In this document: positions 1 to 13,419 of the stretch, one piece after another
Numbering within the stretch: position 1 is the first letter of the stretch
Layout: the number at the start of each line of letters is the position of its first letter
Source of the DNA: Callorhinchus milii
Lineage: Eukaryota
DNA: 64,000 bases
NCBI RefSeq assembly: GCF_018977255.1
Contig: NW_024704742.1
Location: forward strand, 41,478,001 to 41,542,000
Direction: 5' to 3'
The notes under the pieces: model-generated
Seen by the model: the letters and a program-made list of their open reading frames with translations, nothing else
What the model was told of the DNA's origin: nothing
Databases searched by the model: none
Position numbers and translations under genes: made by a program

Positions 1-293
1 TGTACTTCATTATAACCCAAGTTCGCTTATAGTGCGATTGGAATGTAGATCATGTACTTCACACAAGGAAGCAACATTGTCAGCAATGATGACCTGAACG
101 CTGGCCATTTTGACTTCCCATGCACTGGCCAGTGTTATGAAGTGCCAATAGAGCCAGAGCTATATCATCATTGCACCACTTGTGATTTTCTGAACCCTAA
201 TTATCTTTGGATTTAAAATCTTAAAAGTATCTCAGTGAACACAAAAGATTCAAAAAGCTCTGATGAACAGAACATATAAGCATACAATCATAC

Positions 294-420
294 CTTTTTT
301 GTGAAAGATAGCATTAAGAAACTTGTCTGCTTGGCATTCAAGTTGTTCAGTGTTGGACTGCCCCTGAGATGGAGATTCCTCAGTAGATGTCTGTGTTGCA
401 CTCATAGAAGAGACATGCTC
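294..420 (-). CDS. LCORL: LCORL-like coding exon 4 (EHVSSMSATQTSTEESPSQGQSNTEQLECQADKFLNAIFHKK-D); gene continues beyond window start
   Basis: Acceptor ctattactag, donor AAG|gtatga, 127 nt, phase 0-1, open and in frame; resembles recalled LCORL [31 protein letters not shown]. Confidence 0.9.
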
Positions 421-955
421 CTAGTAATAGTACAATAGAGTATGTATATTAAAATGCTTTCAATAAAGCATTACAAAATAAGATCAAACTCACTTTGAAA
501 TAACAAGAGTACATATAAACATACAATCACTCCCCTCCTGATTAAAAGAATAGACCAACCCAGATCTTCTTTGCCTAGCTCTATCGTATTTTTAGCTCAC
601 ACATTCTTTCAGGTTCATAATGTATATAAAAGTCTGCTCAAAACATGCTAACTGTTCCAATTCAGATATCATAAGTAGAAATATATTACACCTTTATATG
701 CTATAAAAGTTCTATGATTCCACAGCTTTTCAAAGGAAATTTTTCAAATGTTTGATAAACCAGGGCAGTGGGACTAACATAGATAGCTCCTTCAGAAAGG
801 TAGCACCGGCACAATGGCTTTCTGTGCTACATGTAAGCAGAAGCTCAAAAAAGGATTACCTACCTTGTAAGATCTTTATTTTTAGAATGCAAAGATCATC
901 CACACTACTGTTAAGCACAGATCACTAACAGGAAGAATATTTTTGACATTGCCCA

Positions 956-1350
956 TCAAGCCCCACCCCGCTAGGTATTTGCAGCTCCACATGTTCAGCA
1001 CCTTTGGACATCCTCCTGAAGTGAAAGGCGCTATACAAATGTAATTTTTTTGTTGTTCGTAAAAATATTCAGCATCAGCAGAGATGCCATCCTTCACATT
1101 AGATGTTAAACAGAGCCCCATCTGGTTGTTTTGGTGGATGTTAATGATAAATTAGAAGGGATGAGAGAACATTTTTTTCCAGTGTTCTGGCCAAGACAAA
1201 TTGGATATTCACTGCATGGCTGTTTGTGTGACCTTGCTTATGAGTAAATTGGTTGCCATGTTTGGCTACAAATAGTTACTTCACAATAACGATTAACTGA
1301 AACACTGAAATGTTTCGAAACAACTCCTATATCAATTACAAGGATTATTA
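956..1350 (+). mobile_element. L2 3' tail (956-1056) followed by decayed Deu-SINE (1065-1350)
   Basis: tttggacatcctcctgaagtgaaaggcgctatacaaatg tail, then degenerate Deu core. Confidence 0.62.
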
Positions 1351-1631
1351 AGAAATAATTTATAAAACAATAGCAAATGTCTGCATGAGGAAATACATGA
1401 ACTGATCTTTCTGAATAAGTTGTACATATCTGTTTTTGCTGGTATTGCACTTCTGGTATGGAAAAGCGACATGCTGCTAGTTGGTATGCAGCACACAAGA
1501 TTCTACTGTACATAAAATTTGGGTAGTGACCTGAAATCCGCAGTGTTTTCATTACCCAGAGGACACACCATTAGTGCTCATGTCAATCCCTACTGTAAGA
1601 ACGTGTGCTAGTTAAACAGTTTTGGCCTTAC

Positions 1632-1711
1632 CTTGACTTTTTCTCTTCGTAAGTAACAAAATGAACAGTTTTCATTCATAGACCAGTCAGTCACTTCTTC
1701 AGGTTCACAGT
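1632..1711 (-). CDS. LCORL: LCORL-like coding exon 3 ([27 protein letters not shown])
   Basis: Acceptor ttttattttaag, donor AAG|gtaagg, 80 nt, phase 1-0; matches recalled LCORL DCEPEELTDWSMDEKCSFC. Confidence 0.92.
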
Positions 1712-2339
1712 CTTAAAATAAAATGATAACAAAAGTTTATATACAAAAATATATGGATCATAAAAATCCTGTATCTAGAAATATAGCACAAAACTATTTT
1801 CAAGTACTGAAAAGGTATTCTGCAACTCCACATTCATATCAATTGTCACATAGATAATATGTATTCTCAGCTATTTTGTTGTCTATTGTTTCTCTCCTAC
1901 AAACTATTCTCCATTACGCACTGGAGAATTTTCACTCTTTTATCTTTCCTACTATATGATTCCACAAGAACCAACTGCCCTCAGGTACAATGCAGCTCTG
2001 CTATATTGTGTTTCATTAGAGGGTGGTATCAGATACTATGTGGTTGAGGTATGGCCCCCAAAATTTTCTTATCTGAAAATCACGACACTGCATCGTCCAA
2101 ATCGGTCCTCTATATCAAAATGCCAGCTGAAAGCACTTTTGGTGCAATTCAATACGAGTCAGCACACTGCAACATGTTCAGCCATTGGTGCTGAAAGCTT
2201 AATGACTGTTTGAGTGGATATCAAATACAGTCATCGCTTGCGTGTCAAAGGAATCAGCTGGCTATCTGTGCGCATGTGCAGTGAAGTCACCAGGCATGTG
2301 ATCAGTGACTTCAATTGCATGTCTCCAGGTCAGTTTAAG

Positions 2340-2687
2340 ATTTGATGGATCTCACGTTCTGCATTATAACGGGGTTCCATTGTACATCTGCCAACAGCTT
2401 CTCCTCCTGCTGCCTGACTGTCACGTGCAGCATTCCTCAGGGGTCTAACCTCGGTTCTCTCCTGTTTAACATCTACATGCTCCCACTCACTATGTCACCC
2501 GTAGGCATGAGGTTAACTTCCACATGCATGCGGACGACGCTCTCTCCCTCCACCTCGATTCCAGAACCTCTCCGCTGTTCTGACTGATTATTTGCCAGAC
2601 ATCTAGTCCCGGATGAGAGTTAACTTTCTCTCGTTGATTGTCGACTTGACTCCCATCAGCATCTTGTCACCTCAGGTGCAGAGAGCC
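2340..2687 (+). mobile_element. L2 RT fragment
   Basis: IPQGSNLGSLLFNIYMLPL and catgcatgcggacgac (YADD-like). Confidence 0.85.
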
Positions 2688-2972
2688 TCAATAATAATAA
2701 TAATAATAATCCTTGCATTTGATATAGCGCTTTTCACGTCAGGAGGACGTCCCAAAGCGCTTCACAGAACACACTGTAAAGTGAATTGACTGTATATTTG
2801 TGGGCGAACGCGGCAGCCAATTGCGCACAGCAATGTCCCACAAACAGTCGTAGATTGAAAATGACCAATTTAATTATTGTTTTTTTTTTGGAGGGATTAT
2901 TATTAGGCTCTGTGTGGAGTAAGGAAACTTGCCCAAGGTTTCGCCCTCTGCCTGGAATTGAACTCAGGTCTC
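2688..2972 (-). mobile_element. Young tRNA-SINE, 5'-truncated, inserted into an L2 fragment
   Basis: Matches the other copies up to caggtctctc; (TAA)n tail at 2688-2710. Confidence 0.9.
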
Positions 2973-3719
2973 TCTTTTTGGATGCGCTTCCACCTCGTGA
3001 AACTAGTGCGGAACCTGCAGACCTCTCATCGACAAAAAAAATCAAAATTTGTAGTTAGCTATAAATGGCCTAAATTTGTTTTTAAACAGAAAGCACAGTG
3101 CATGACTGCTTTAAGTTAATGTTGCAATTTCAGTCTGATACACTGGTCACTGAAATTTGACAGCTTTGCTACTCATTTTAAGGGAAGACACAAAGCTGGG
3201 AAATGAAAAATATACCACAATGATGTTCAATTGGACTTGGAACTAATGCAACCACTTACCTAACCATGTACAATGTTACACAGGGAGATTTTGGGCATTA
3301 TATGAAGTTTGTGAACTATAAAGAACATACAGGATTAAGCTAAAGTACAAGAGGAGCAAACCAAGCGAAAGTGCTTTGAAATAATTTGTCAGCAACATTA
3401 AACATTAGCATTGATAAGCTATCACATAAGCTTATTGCACAGAATTAAGGCAAATCTGGCCATATGGAAAGAGATGATTCAAGGGCAAAAAGCAAGTACA
3501 GGCCTGACTCTCTTGCTATAGCAGTTGTACTGTGGATCCATACTATATTAGAAATGCACCATACATCTGGTGCTGACTGACCTACATCCTGCATAGGAAG
3601 CGACATTAGCTGCCCGACTGGCAGCTGTTTGCACATCTAATTACAACGCAAGTTTGAGCTTATGGACACAAAGCACCATGTTATAACCGAGTCAACCTAA
3701 ACCAACGCACTGTAACGGG

Positions 3720-4210
3720 TGTAGGAGTTGCTGTAAGGCGGATTTTGAAGGTAGGGAGAAAGGGGACAAGTTGAATGGAGTTCCAGAGAGAAGGGACAGG
3801 ATGGTTGAAAGCTCACCTACAAGTTCAGGGAGTAGGCCAATACAATAGTTGATCCTGGGATCATGAGGGTCCCAGCAGCCTGGGAGGAGAGGTAGTGGAG
3901 GTGGGCAATATTATGGAGTTCGGGAAAGGGAGAGCGAGAGGGAGCCTTGGATGTAGGGTTTGAAGGATAGTTGGGTGTTGAACAAGGCACTGTGGTTCTG
4001 AACTGGCTCTCTGAAGTGGAGTGAGCATCTGTGAAGGTGAATGGGGTCAGTGCTGAAGTGAATAGGAGAACATTAAGCTGTAGAAAAGTTAGAACTCATC
4101 CAGGACTTGATGCCTGACAGGCAATCAATCAGAACAGCAGTGGTCTTGGAATTGAAGGTAGAGACAGAGAGACAGTTGAGCATGGACTCGATGCTTATGG
4201 ATGATGCCAA
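3720..4210 (-). mobile_element. Decayed L2 fragment
   Basis: aaagttagaactcatccaggacttgatgcctgacaggca matches the other L2 copies. Confidence 0.7.
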
Positions 4211-4299
4211 TAAAGGGAGCATACAGACGGTATATTCTCTCTGTATAAAACAATCTGAACTTAAACTGAGGGAACAGTAACAAAATGTGTTGACAAATT

Positions 4300-5345
4300 G
4301 TTGTCATGGCAAATAGTGACAAGCAAAAAGACAAATAGGTTAACAAAAAGACCAGATAGCTGGTAAATGAGTTTGGTAAAAGGAATGAGAGAACATACAT
4401 TAAATAATGAGATTTTAACTAAGTAGAGAAGCAAATGGACCTTTCTTCACATGAATTGGCAAGATGCAAGTAAGATTGATCTGGGCACCAAAAAGAGAAC
4501 AATCCTTGATTTTGTATCAAGATGAATAATACAAAAGCAAAAAGGCAACATTAAACTTGTACAAAATCTTAGTTAGGCCAGAGTATTGCATAGTTTGTGG
4601 GAATCCCATTATTGGAAAGCTATAAAATAATGAAAAAAATGGGTTGTAGATCCACTAAGATGCTACACATATAAGGTTTCTTTCTTTTGGAACTGGCAGC
4701 TGTTGGTGCCCTGTCGATTGACTAACACCGTACAAACATTAACAACTATCATAGTAATCACCTGAATTAGTCTTAATGTGCATTACTTTAATATATTACC
4801 AGGGAAGAGGAGTTTATGTTCTGAAGAGAAAGTTGTGCTTTTTTTTACTGCAACTGAGAAGATAAAGGGGAAAACTTGCATTTATATAACAACTTTCAGA
4901 AAAAAACATCCATGCACTTTCCAAAATAGAATCGAATAGAATATGATACGGGCCTATGACAACTAATTGGTGCTACAACAACGAAGTAAACAATAGGATG
5001 AGTAGCGAATGAAGGTAAATTATGAATTAGGAGGGGGATTACAAGAGAAAAGACTCCATTTAACTTTGAACCATCAGACAAAAACTAACTTTAATACAAT
5101 CAAAAAATGGGAATGATCATCTTCATCTTCAATTTGGTAAATAGTAATACATTATTTCCCCGATGAAGTACAAGTAGAGTAAAGGAATACAAGTATATGT
5201 TTGAAAAAAAATGGGACCATTGTAAAGCATGGGGAGTATACAGGACAGTGTAATTAGAGGAGGCAGCAAATGGAGAAAAATCTCAACACAGAATATGGGC
5301 CAAAAAACCCACTTCTGCGATGCACCATTCTAAGAATAAAGGAAG
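4300..5345 (+). mobile_element. Highly decayed CR1 fragments
   Basis: aaacttgtacaaaatcttagttaggccagagtattgc (LYKxLVRP-like) and CR1-like 3'UTR remnant atgggccaaaaaacccacttctg. Confidence 0.5.
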
Positions 5346-6333
5346 CTTTAGAAACTTGTAGGGAGAAAGTAGAGGGTGATCATTGCACAGACTACAAGAC
5401 TTATCAGATGCAAGCTTTTTTTAAAAAAAGAGGGAAGCCAAGAGTAAACTCAAGGGGACACAGCAGCAGATTTAAAATAGATTGCTAAAAAAAAACCTCT
5501 AGTACTAACGGCAAGAGTGCAGTCAGGAAGGAATTGAAAAATCTCAATGGCAAGCTGTATGGTTTTAGTTGGTTAAACTCCAGCAGTACCGCAATGCACA
5601 CTCTGGAGTCCCCAAGCCTTGGCTCTTGCTAACTTGCACAGAGTGTGCCCCTCCAGGGAGAGAGTGCACATTCTATTCCTGGTGCAAGGAAATTTCTATG
5701 TGCAATATATATGTAGAAGTGTGTCTGGTTTGGATACTCTTACTCTCACGGCAAAATAAGGCACCTAACTGCTGATCGGAAGGCTGAGGGACAGAAAGAC
5801 ACAAAGTTGGATCAAACTTTACAAATGAATGGGGGAGAAAGGGAAATAAGTTGGGACTGTGCAAAAGATGGAGGCACAAAATGGTACGATTGTGATAATA
5901 CTTGATTGAAGCTTTTAATACTTCCATATTTTGTGTGATAACCAAATGTACACATTGTTTTCATATCCACAATTATCCCAATCAGTGCACATATTTGGGT
6001 CCCCATTGTATAACTAAATAACCTCTATTCCGAATGATTGCAAGATAAAATTTAGCTGGAGGAAGTGGGAAACTGGAAACAGAAGAGGGAGTCAAGATTT
6101 AATAAAATGTACAACAAAATATGAAGCCTGGGATAATCAATGGCAAATTACGTTCACACAGATGAATGCAAGGTACAGCATATAGAACAAGTACATACAC
6201 TTGATTTAAAAAAAACTCAGTCTAATACCCAGAATTTCAAGTTTATATCAAATACACACTAACACTTCAATCTTACCATAATCAAGAAAAAAATACCTCC
6301 ACATATTGATATTCAGAAAAATAAACATATTAC

Positions 6334-6399
6334 CATCAAATAAACTGAGGTCTCTGAGTAGCCTTGGTCCATAAAGCCCTTCTAAGATGCTTTCAAACC
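6334..6399 (-). CDS. LCORL: LCORL-like coding exon 2 ([23 protein letters not shown])
   Basis: Acceptor tttttttgcag, donor gtaata, 66 nt, phase 1-1, in frame with exon 1; matches recalled [27 protein letters not shown]. Confidence 0.92.
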
Positions 6400-7189
6400 C
6401 TGCAAAAAAAATACAATGTCAGCAAGGATCATAATGACTGCATCTAAATACATGCACAACAACAAACTTCAGCTGTGAAAGCTAAAGTGCCACTTTTTAT
6501 CGCTAAATATACAAGTGATTTACATTGAATTTTTGTAAAGACTTCCATGAGTGAAACCTGGAATCAAGCGAGATTGATGTTCAGTTCGATTAAAGTTCAC
6601 AAGAGAAAAGTCCCACTGGCAACAATTTACGGAGTGAGCAACAATCAAAGAGAAGGAAGTGAGCCGCAATCAAAGAATAAGGAAGTATGCAATTTACTGC
6701 TCATCATTTAGCCTCCACATTACAAATTAAATATACTGATACACTGGTATGTGATTAATTGATGACACCCACGTGTACAGCTCAAGATTACAAACATTTT
6801 GGCACTACTATTAAAGCAGTAATTTTTTTTAAGTGTACATTATTCTTTGCAACACCTTGAGGAGAATGTTATTGCAAAAATTGGTTGATGTAGTAATAGC
6901 ACAAGTAAATTGATTTATGTACTCAACTCTTTATTCCTGACCAACTAATTGCACAAAATCAAATACAATTTATTTTGCCAGATAGTGTTTGCAATATCCA
7001 ATGACAGAGCTCCTTTGTTTAATCTATAAGGCCTCACTTTTGGCACGGGTTCACAACTGCAGTCAGTTTACTGGACGACTTTCTAAAAGCTACATGCACA
7101 TACAGGAAGCTGGCCTGCTCACACCAAAGGTGATAACCTGGAAGCGGGACCAGCAGCCATTCCCCACCACCCAAACACTTATAATATAA

Positions 7190-7780
7190 ACGCTTTCTTC
7201 CACCTCCGCCACATTGGCCGTCTCCGATAATACCTCATCATAAAAGCTGTCGAAACTACTCTAACACCCTCCTCCACTCTTCACAAAATTCAGCTCATTC
7301 AAAACTCCACCGCCTGAATTCTCACCAGCATCAAACGTTATACTCTGATTTCTCCAGTTCTTGCCAAACTCCACTGGCTTCCTGTCACAAAGCAGCTGGA
7401 CTTCAAGATCCTCACTCTAGTGTTTAAATCCCTCCATTCCTTGGTACCCCCCTATCCCTCTAAACTCCTCTCCTCACAGGAGTACCCTCTGCCTCCTCTC
7501 TACTGGGTCCAGCCTCCTCCATATCCCCCAAATCCTCCGCTCCACCATGAGCAGCCATGTCTTCAGCCACTACACCCCGAAACTTTAGAACTCCCTCCCT
7601 CAACCCCTTCGCGTTGCCCCCTCCTTCCCCATCTTCAGGTCGCACCTGAAGAGCTTCCTCTTCAACCAAGCCTACGGTCACCTTCCACCTCCCCCTGGCT
7701 CAGCGTCGGGCTCCGCCAATGTCAAGCGCCCTGAGACACCGCCTAGCATGGAGGGCGCAATATAAATGCAAGTTGTTGTA
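7190..7780 (+). mobile_element. L2-clade LINE 3' fragment, different subfamily
   Basis: ctccactggcttcctgtc...ttcaagatcctc (LHWLPV/FKIL); tail gcgcaatataaatgcaagttgttg. Confidence 0.85.
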
Positions 7781-8109
7781 ATGTGGTGTTCACATGGACA
7801 TGAAACTCAAAGTTACAACAGCGTTGTCCTGTAGATACATTCAGGAATTCTTACACCAAAAAGAAATATGTGGTGGCAGGTAAAAGTCAGGGTAATTTCT
7901 GAACAAGCAAACCATAACTTGTGGTGAAATGTAACCAGAGAAGTTTGAAATTTGTGAAAAAAGACAATGTTTATTGGATCGGGATACAGCAAACAATTTT
8001 TATATGAAAATATTTTAAAGCTGTTAGAATTAGATCATTATTTGAGCCATTAGTGGCAATGGCTGGTGCTAGACAATATTTCCAGAACAATTTGTAGAAA
8101 CAACTGCTA

Positions 8110-8375
8110 CAAACTGAGGCCCCATGTGCCTGTTCAGGTGAACGTTAAAGATCGCCCGAAATTATTTGAAAAGAGAATGGAGTTTCTCCCAGATCCCGGC
8201 TAAAAATCCACAAAACTGGTTGTTCACTTCATGGCCATTTGTGGGACTTTCCTGTGCAAATTGGTTGTTGTGTTCACCTACAAAACAGTTACTGCATTTT
8301 ACAGTTTATCCTGTAAAGCACTTTGGGCCATCATCGTGACGTGAAAGGTGCTATACCAAATGTAAGAATTATTTC
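8110..8375 (+). mobile_element. Decayed Deu-domain SINE
   Basis: gaggcccc...ttcaggtgaacgttaaagatc core and tail. Confidence 0.7.
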
Positions 8376-8959
8376 AATGCACAATGCATGGATTTCAAAA
8401 TGATTAATATTGCTTTGAAATTAGTTATGCTTGCATTAAAATCCCAAACCTACATCTTTCAAATACTTCTGAGCCTGTGCTTTAGGTACAAAGTTATACT
8501 GATGAAGTAAACCAGTACAAAAGGGTTAAACTAATGCCTGACGTAGCTGGTTACGAGTCATATTCAACAACTTTTGGAACAATAAATGCAACAGCATTTC
8601 AGCAGGTTTTACTTTCAACCAATGAAAAATCAGGTATTAACATTTATATGAACATTTTATTACATTCTACAAATTATGCAAAGACATTAACTGTCAAGAC
8701 CAATTATTGCTAAATAAGCCTTAAATATGTCAGTTTATCTGTGTAGGCATGGGACACAATTTTGACAGACTCGCATATTGGTATCATTAACATAGCAATA
8801 TACATTAATTCAATACAATAGCTGGCAAGCATATAAACTGTAAACACAACAGGATGAATTGTAAATACATTAAAGCACACATTGTGGAGGACACAGGTCA
8901 GCTTCCTATGTTCTGCAGCTTAGGCCAAGTCTGGCTTGGTGGTAGGAATCATCAATATG

Positions 8960-9322
8960 TCAAAAGGGTTTGGATGAAAACCTCACATTGGGGACTTTAT
9001 TCCTCCCAATCTAGGTTGAGACTGCAATGTAGTGCTTCAAAGAGCTGCATTGTCAGAGGTCCTGATGAAACAAGGTCCCGCCTGTCTGTGCCAGTGAATG
9101 TTAAAGATCCAATGGCACGTTTTGAAAAGAGAAGGAAATTTCTCCTGGCCAACAATCCACTAGATAAAATTGGTCATTTACGATTTGGTTGTTTGTGGGA
9201 CATTGGTGCACACAAACTGGCTGCTGTTTCCACCTAGAAATAGTCACTTTGCAGTAAATGTGATGCACTTTGAATTCTTTTAATGGCACGACAAGGCGAA
9301 ACATCAAATGCAAGGATTATTA
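8960..9322 (+). mobile_element. Decayed Deu-domain SINE
   Basis: gctgcattgtcagagg...gttaaagatccaatggcac...tgtgggacattg core and tail. Confidence 0.7.
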
Positions 9323-10077
9323 GCAATACAATTCCTTTAAGAAACAATTCCTTGAACAGTACAATAAGAACCTGCATTTTTGTAAAGAAACACAGCATTT
9401 TTCAGGTAATTAGCACCAAGCATAATGACTGTTTTGCAGTAAATGCGGCAGCAGGACACGACCAGCAGCCAGGAGGTAAATAACCAATTTATCAGAAGGA
9501 GTCTTGGCCAGGGATCCAAGCGTTCGTTTTTTTCCTATAGTTTTGGAATCCAAAGTCCATCTGAACATGGAAATGAGACCAGTTTGACATCTTACATAGG
9601 TACCTGAAGTGTTGCTTAGACCTTCAAATAGGATTCCCTTTGAACTGGAAAGGATATTAATTCTAGTTACTTCCTATGCAATTATCTAAGAATTACTACA
9701 AGATAACATTACCAAACAACAGAACAGTTGCTGCAAAAGCCAGCTACTCTTGAATGATGTGTACAAATATCAAAGTAACACTCAAATTACAGTAGTTTTA
9801 CATATCAAGCAAAAGGTTTGATTACCAACTAATTGTTAGACGTCAGTTAACCTGCATTTGAACTCTTTAATTCCAAATGATTGATATGAATAAGCATGGA
9901 ATCTACAACAACAAATTGCATTTATATGGCGCTCTTCAAATGGGATAGCATCCCAGAGCTCTTCACTGTTGGAGTCCGGCAACGAGCCAGGGGCAGAGGG
10001 AGAATCAAGATGTGTACTGCATATAAAGTTAAAACAAAATTTTAACAACCACATGAACATTTTTTGCATGTGATATA

Positions 10078-10473
10078 CAGCACAACCCATTATAACGTGG
10101 TGGTCTGGACCCATAACATCAGAACCCCCTCCCATACACGTTAAAGCAAAGCATAAAATACCCGCATTCTGGTTTATCAGTTCGGGTTGACATCACTGTG
10201 TGGGCAAAATAAAGTCAACAGGACTTACTGGGTATAACTCAAATATGTAGTGCACAGGAAGTGAGAATAGCGACACTTCCCGTACATAGTGTGCAACATG
10301 CATAAGAAGTCAATGGCAACCCAATGACCCAGAGGAGCGGCCTTTTGTTTAAGCAAACAAAACCAGCTAATCAATGTCAGAAGCCCCGTGTTAAGATATA
10401 ATGCGGGTCCACAGTACACTTGCACTATAAGTAGACCAACCAAAAAAAAGGGGTCATTAATAGGTTTGCCCTG
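10078..10473. mobile_element. Probable Tigger-like MITE
   Basis: TA-CAG...CTG-TA ends; degenerate TIRs cagcacaacccattat vs cagggcaaacctatta. Confidence 0.5.
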
Positions 10474-10629
10474 TACTCAAACATTATTTAAAATCAGTTT
10501 TCCCTTTATTTTGCTTTATTGAAAATAGAATCACAACTATATTTTTAACTCAAATTTATATTCAAAATTAGAATTAACATTTATATATCACTATGACATT
10601 TCACGTCGGAAGCAATGGTTCACATGTCA

Positions 10630-11190
10630 TCAACAACAACACTACATTTGCATAATGCCTTTCGTGTCAGGAGGATGTCTCAAGGCCCTGGGCAATCAGT
10701 GTTTCGGACCAAACTGGGGGCCAGGATCGGGGACGATGGAGGGCAGTGGGGAGGATGGTGACCAAAGGCACAGTTGAAGTGGAGGGTCTTGAGAAGGGTC
10801 GTGAAGGAGGCAAAGGTGGGGCCGAGGCGGAGTAACTGCAGGATGGAGTTCCAGAGGGTGGGGGCAGAGTGATTGAGGGCCCACCCTTTGTGGGGCAGAT
10901 AAGGTGGGGGACGTGAAGCAGGCCAGAGACCGCTGTGTGGAGGGGCGAGCAGGTTGGTAGGGGTTAGGAGGTCGCAGAGGTAACAGGGAGCAAGACCATG
11001 GAGGGCTTTTAAAGTGAGGACTAGGATTTTGAACTGTGTGATGGGAAGCCAGTGGAGTCGAGCGAGGATGGGGGCGATAGGGGCACAGAGCCTGGTGCGG
11101 GAGAGGACACGAGCTGCAGAGTTCTGGATCATCTGCAGTCTATGGAGGGAGGAGTCGGGCAGGCCGACAAGCACGGAGTTTGCGTAGAAA
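10630..11190 (-). mobile_element. L2-clade LINE 3' fragment
   Basis: LQMIQNSAARVLSRTR...LHWLPITQFKILVLTLKALHGLAP. Confidence 0.9.
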
Positions 11191-11939
11191 TATTAAGTGT
11201 GAAGCATTGCTCCGACCCAAACATTTTGAACATGGTTGTTTTGAGCAGTCTGTAGAAGTTCCCAATCGTCAAGTGTCACTCCTCACCTAAATTCCTAGGA
11301 CATCATATTTTTAATCTGTGCATCACCTAGAAATTTGGGAGCGCTAAGGTATTGAGAGCACTCCACCCCCCCGATCAAGTTTCCAATTACAAATAACTGG
11401 TGTACTGAGCACGAAATAGTCGTTATCTATCGTTGGCCTACTTTACTCATCAAATCTTTTTTTAAAAAAATCTGATAAGACATTGAAGGGACGTAACTGA
11501 TTGGGTTCAGTCAAAGTTCAATTGCAACTTCAAGAGACATGATTAAATTACACTTCAAAATATGTGCAGCTCCTATATACTGGTAAATTGCAAAGCAAAG
11601 AGTCCAGATCTCCGTATTTCGTTAAAGCTTCCGGGTCCATAAAACATCAGTTTCTGCAGCCATACAATGACAAAGATAATTAGGTCTGAAGTAATTTCAA
11701 ACAATTGCATTATATGACTGTATCGGAATTGTCTTCATTAACAATTTGAAAACAGTCAAATATTATGAGTGGAGCCTAATGAGAATGACACTAATGGGTA
11801 TGTGCCAACTAGGGTGGCAGTTGGTGCTTGGAAGGCCTGAATTGGGAGATTATTCTCCAAGTAATGAAGATATAGATGAGGGTTTCAGTGGCAAAAGTGA
11901 CGAGATGGGGACACAAGCAAGCAATATTCCACAAATCTT

Positions 11940-12275
11940 TTGGTGCTGGGGTTGTGTTGCATTGTCAGAGTTTAGTCTTTCGAATGAGACATTACAACTG
12001 AGGTCCCATCTGCTTGTTCAGGTGGATGGTAAAGATCCCATGGTGCTATTTGAAAAAGAGAAGGGAGGTACTCCTGATGTTCGGCCAACAAATCCAAATA
12101 AAAATAGTCACTTACTCTATGGCTGTTTGTAAGACTTTGCAGTGTGCAAATTGGCTACTGTGTTTCACTCATAAAATACAAACTCCATTAATTTTATAGT
12201 ACATCTTGTGAAGTGCTTTGAGAAGTCTCAACAATATGATTAGATGCTAAATCAAATGCAAGGATAATTATTTTA
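11940..12275 (+). mobile_element. Decayed Deu-domain SINE
   Basis: caggtggatggtaaagatcccatggtgctatttgaa core and tail. Confidence 0.72.
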
Positions 12276-12932
12276 TTTGGTCATGGACCAAATGTAAAGA
12301 TGTGAGATCTCAGGTCAAGCAGAATGCCAAAATTAAGTACTTGGGCAAGCTATCCTGAGACTAATGAGTTGGAATAGCATCAAGAAGGTGCAGCCAAGGA
12401 TAAACAAGATGGCACACATTCCCAAGCTTGTTTCTACTACATTTTTGGCACCCAGCTACAAGCTTTCAATACTATAATTCCTTAAACATTTTCTTGTACA
12501 AATAGTTAATCCCTGAGGAGAGTTTAGGGATTTATTTTAAAAAACAAGTATTACATTTTAAAAAGAATGTAGATTACACATAGAAATAAATATTTTGAAT
12601 TCCTAATTCCAAGCAAGCAGTTTGCAAATGATGAATGAAGTCAACCAGACATTCACATATTAGAAAATGACCAAGCACGTGGTACAGATGTGAAAATTAA
12701 ATTTTGAACACTGAAATAAAATTGGGATTGTTTGAGTTATGTATAAATGGATAAGAAGAGTCCTGAAATTAGTACAAGAGAAATCACATTGATTATGATG
12801 AGAAAAATGACACATTGCAGTACAAAGTAGGGAAATTTTAGAGGAATGAAATTCAAGTAACTCAATTCTGAAAAGGGGACTGGGAATGAACTACCATTTT
12901 TAAAGTGTTTGAAATAATGACATATAAGATTG

Positions 12933-13245
12933 TGGAGTCCTGTAGCTCAGTGGTTAGAACACTCGCCTTGCAAGCGAGACATCTGGGTTCAATTCCAGGC
13001 AGAACCTTGGGCAAGTTTCCTTACTCCACATGTCTAATAATAATCCCTCCAAAAAACAAAACAATAATAAATTGGTCATTTTCAATCCACGACTGTTTGT
13101 GGGACATTGCTGTGCGCAATTGGCTGCCGCGTTTGCCCACAAATATACAGTCAATTCACTTTACAGTCTATTCCGTGAATCGTTTTGAGACGTCGAGAAG
13201 ACGTGAAAAACGCTATATCAAATGCAAGGATTATTTATTATTATA
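12933..13245 (+). mobile_element. Young tRNA-derived SINE, full length
   Basis: Same head, body and tail as 14714-15032 in the opposite orientation. Confidence 0.92.
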
Positions 13246-13419
13246 AGATCACCTTGAGGCATACAACTCAATCAGAGGCAATTAGCATACCTTTAGAATA
13301 GTAAGGTTGTGCTTCTAAATTTAATGAAATTCTTTAAAGTTCTAGACCTAGTGCAAAAATGTGAGATTGAAGATTTATTAAAAAATATTTTACAAGACAT
13401 TGTTCCCACTTAATTTGTT

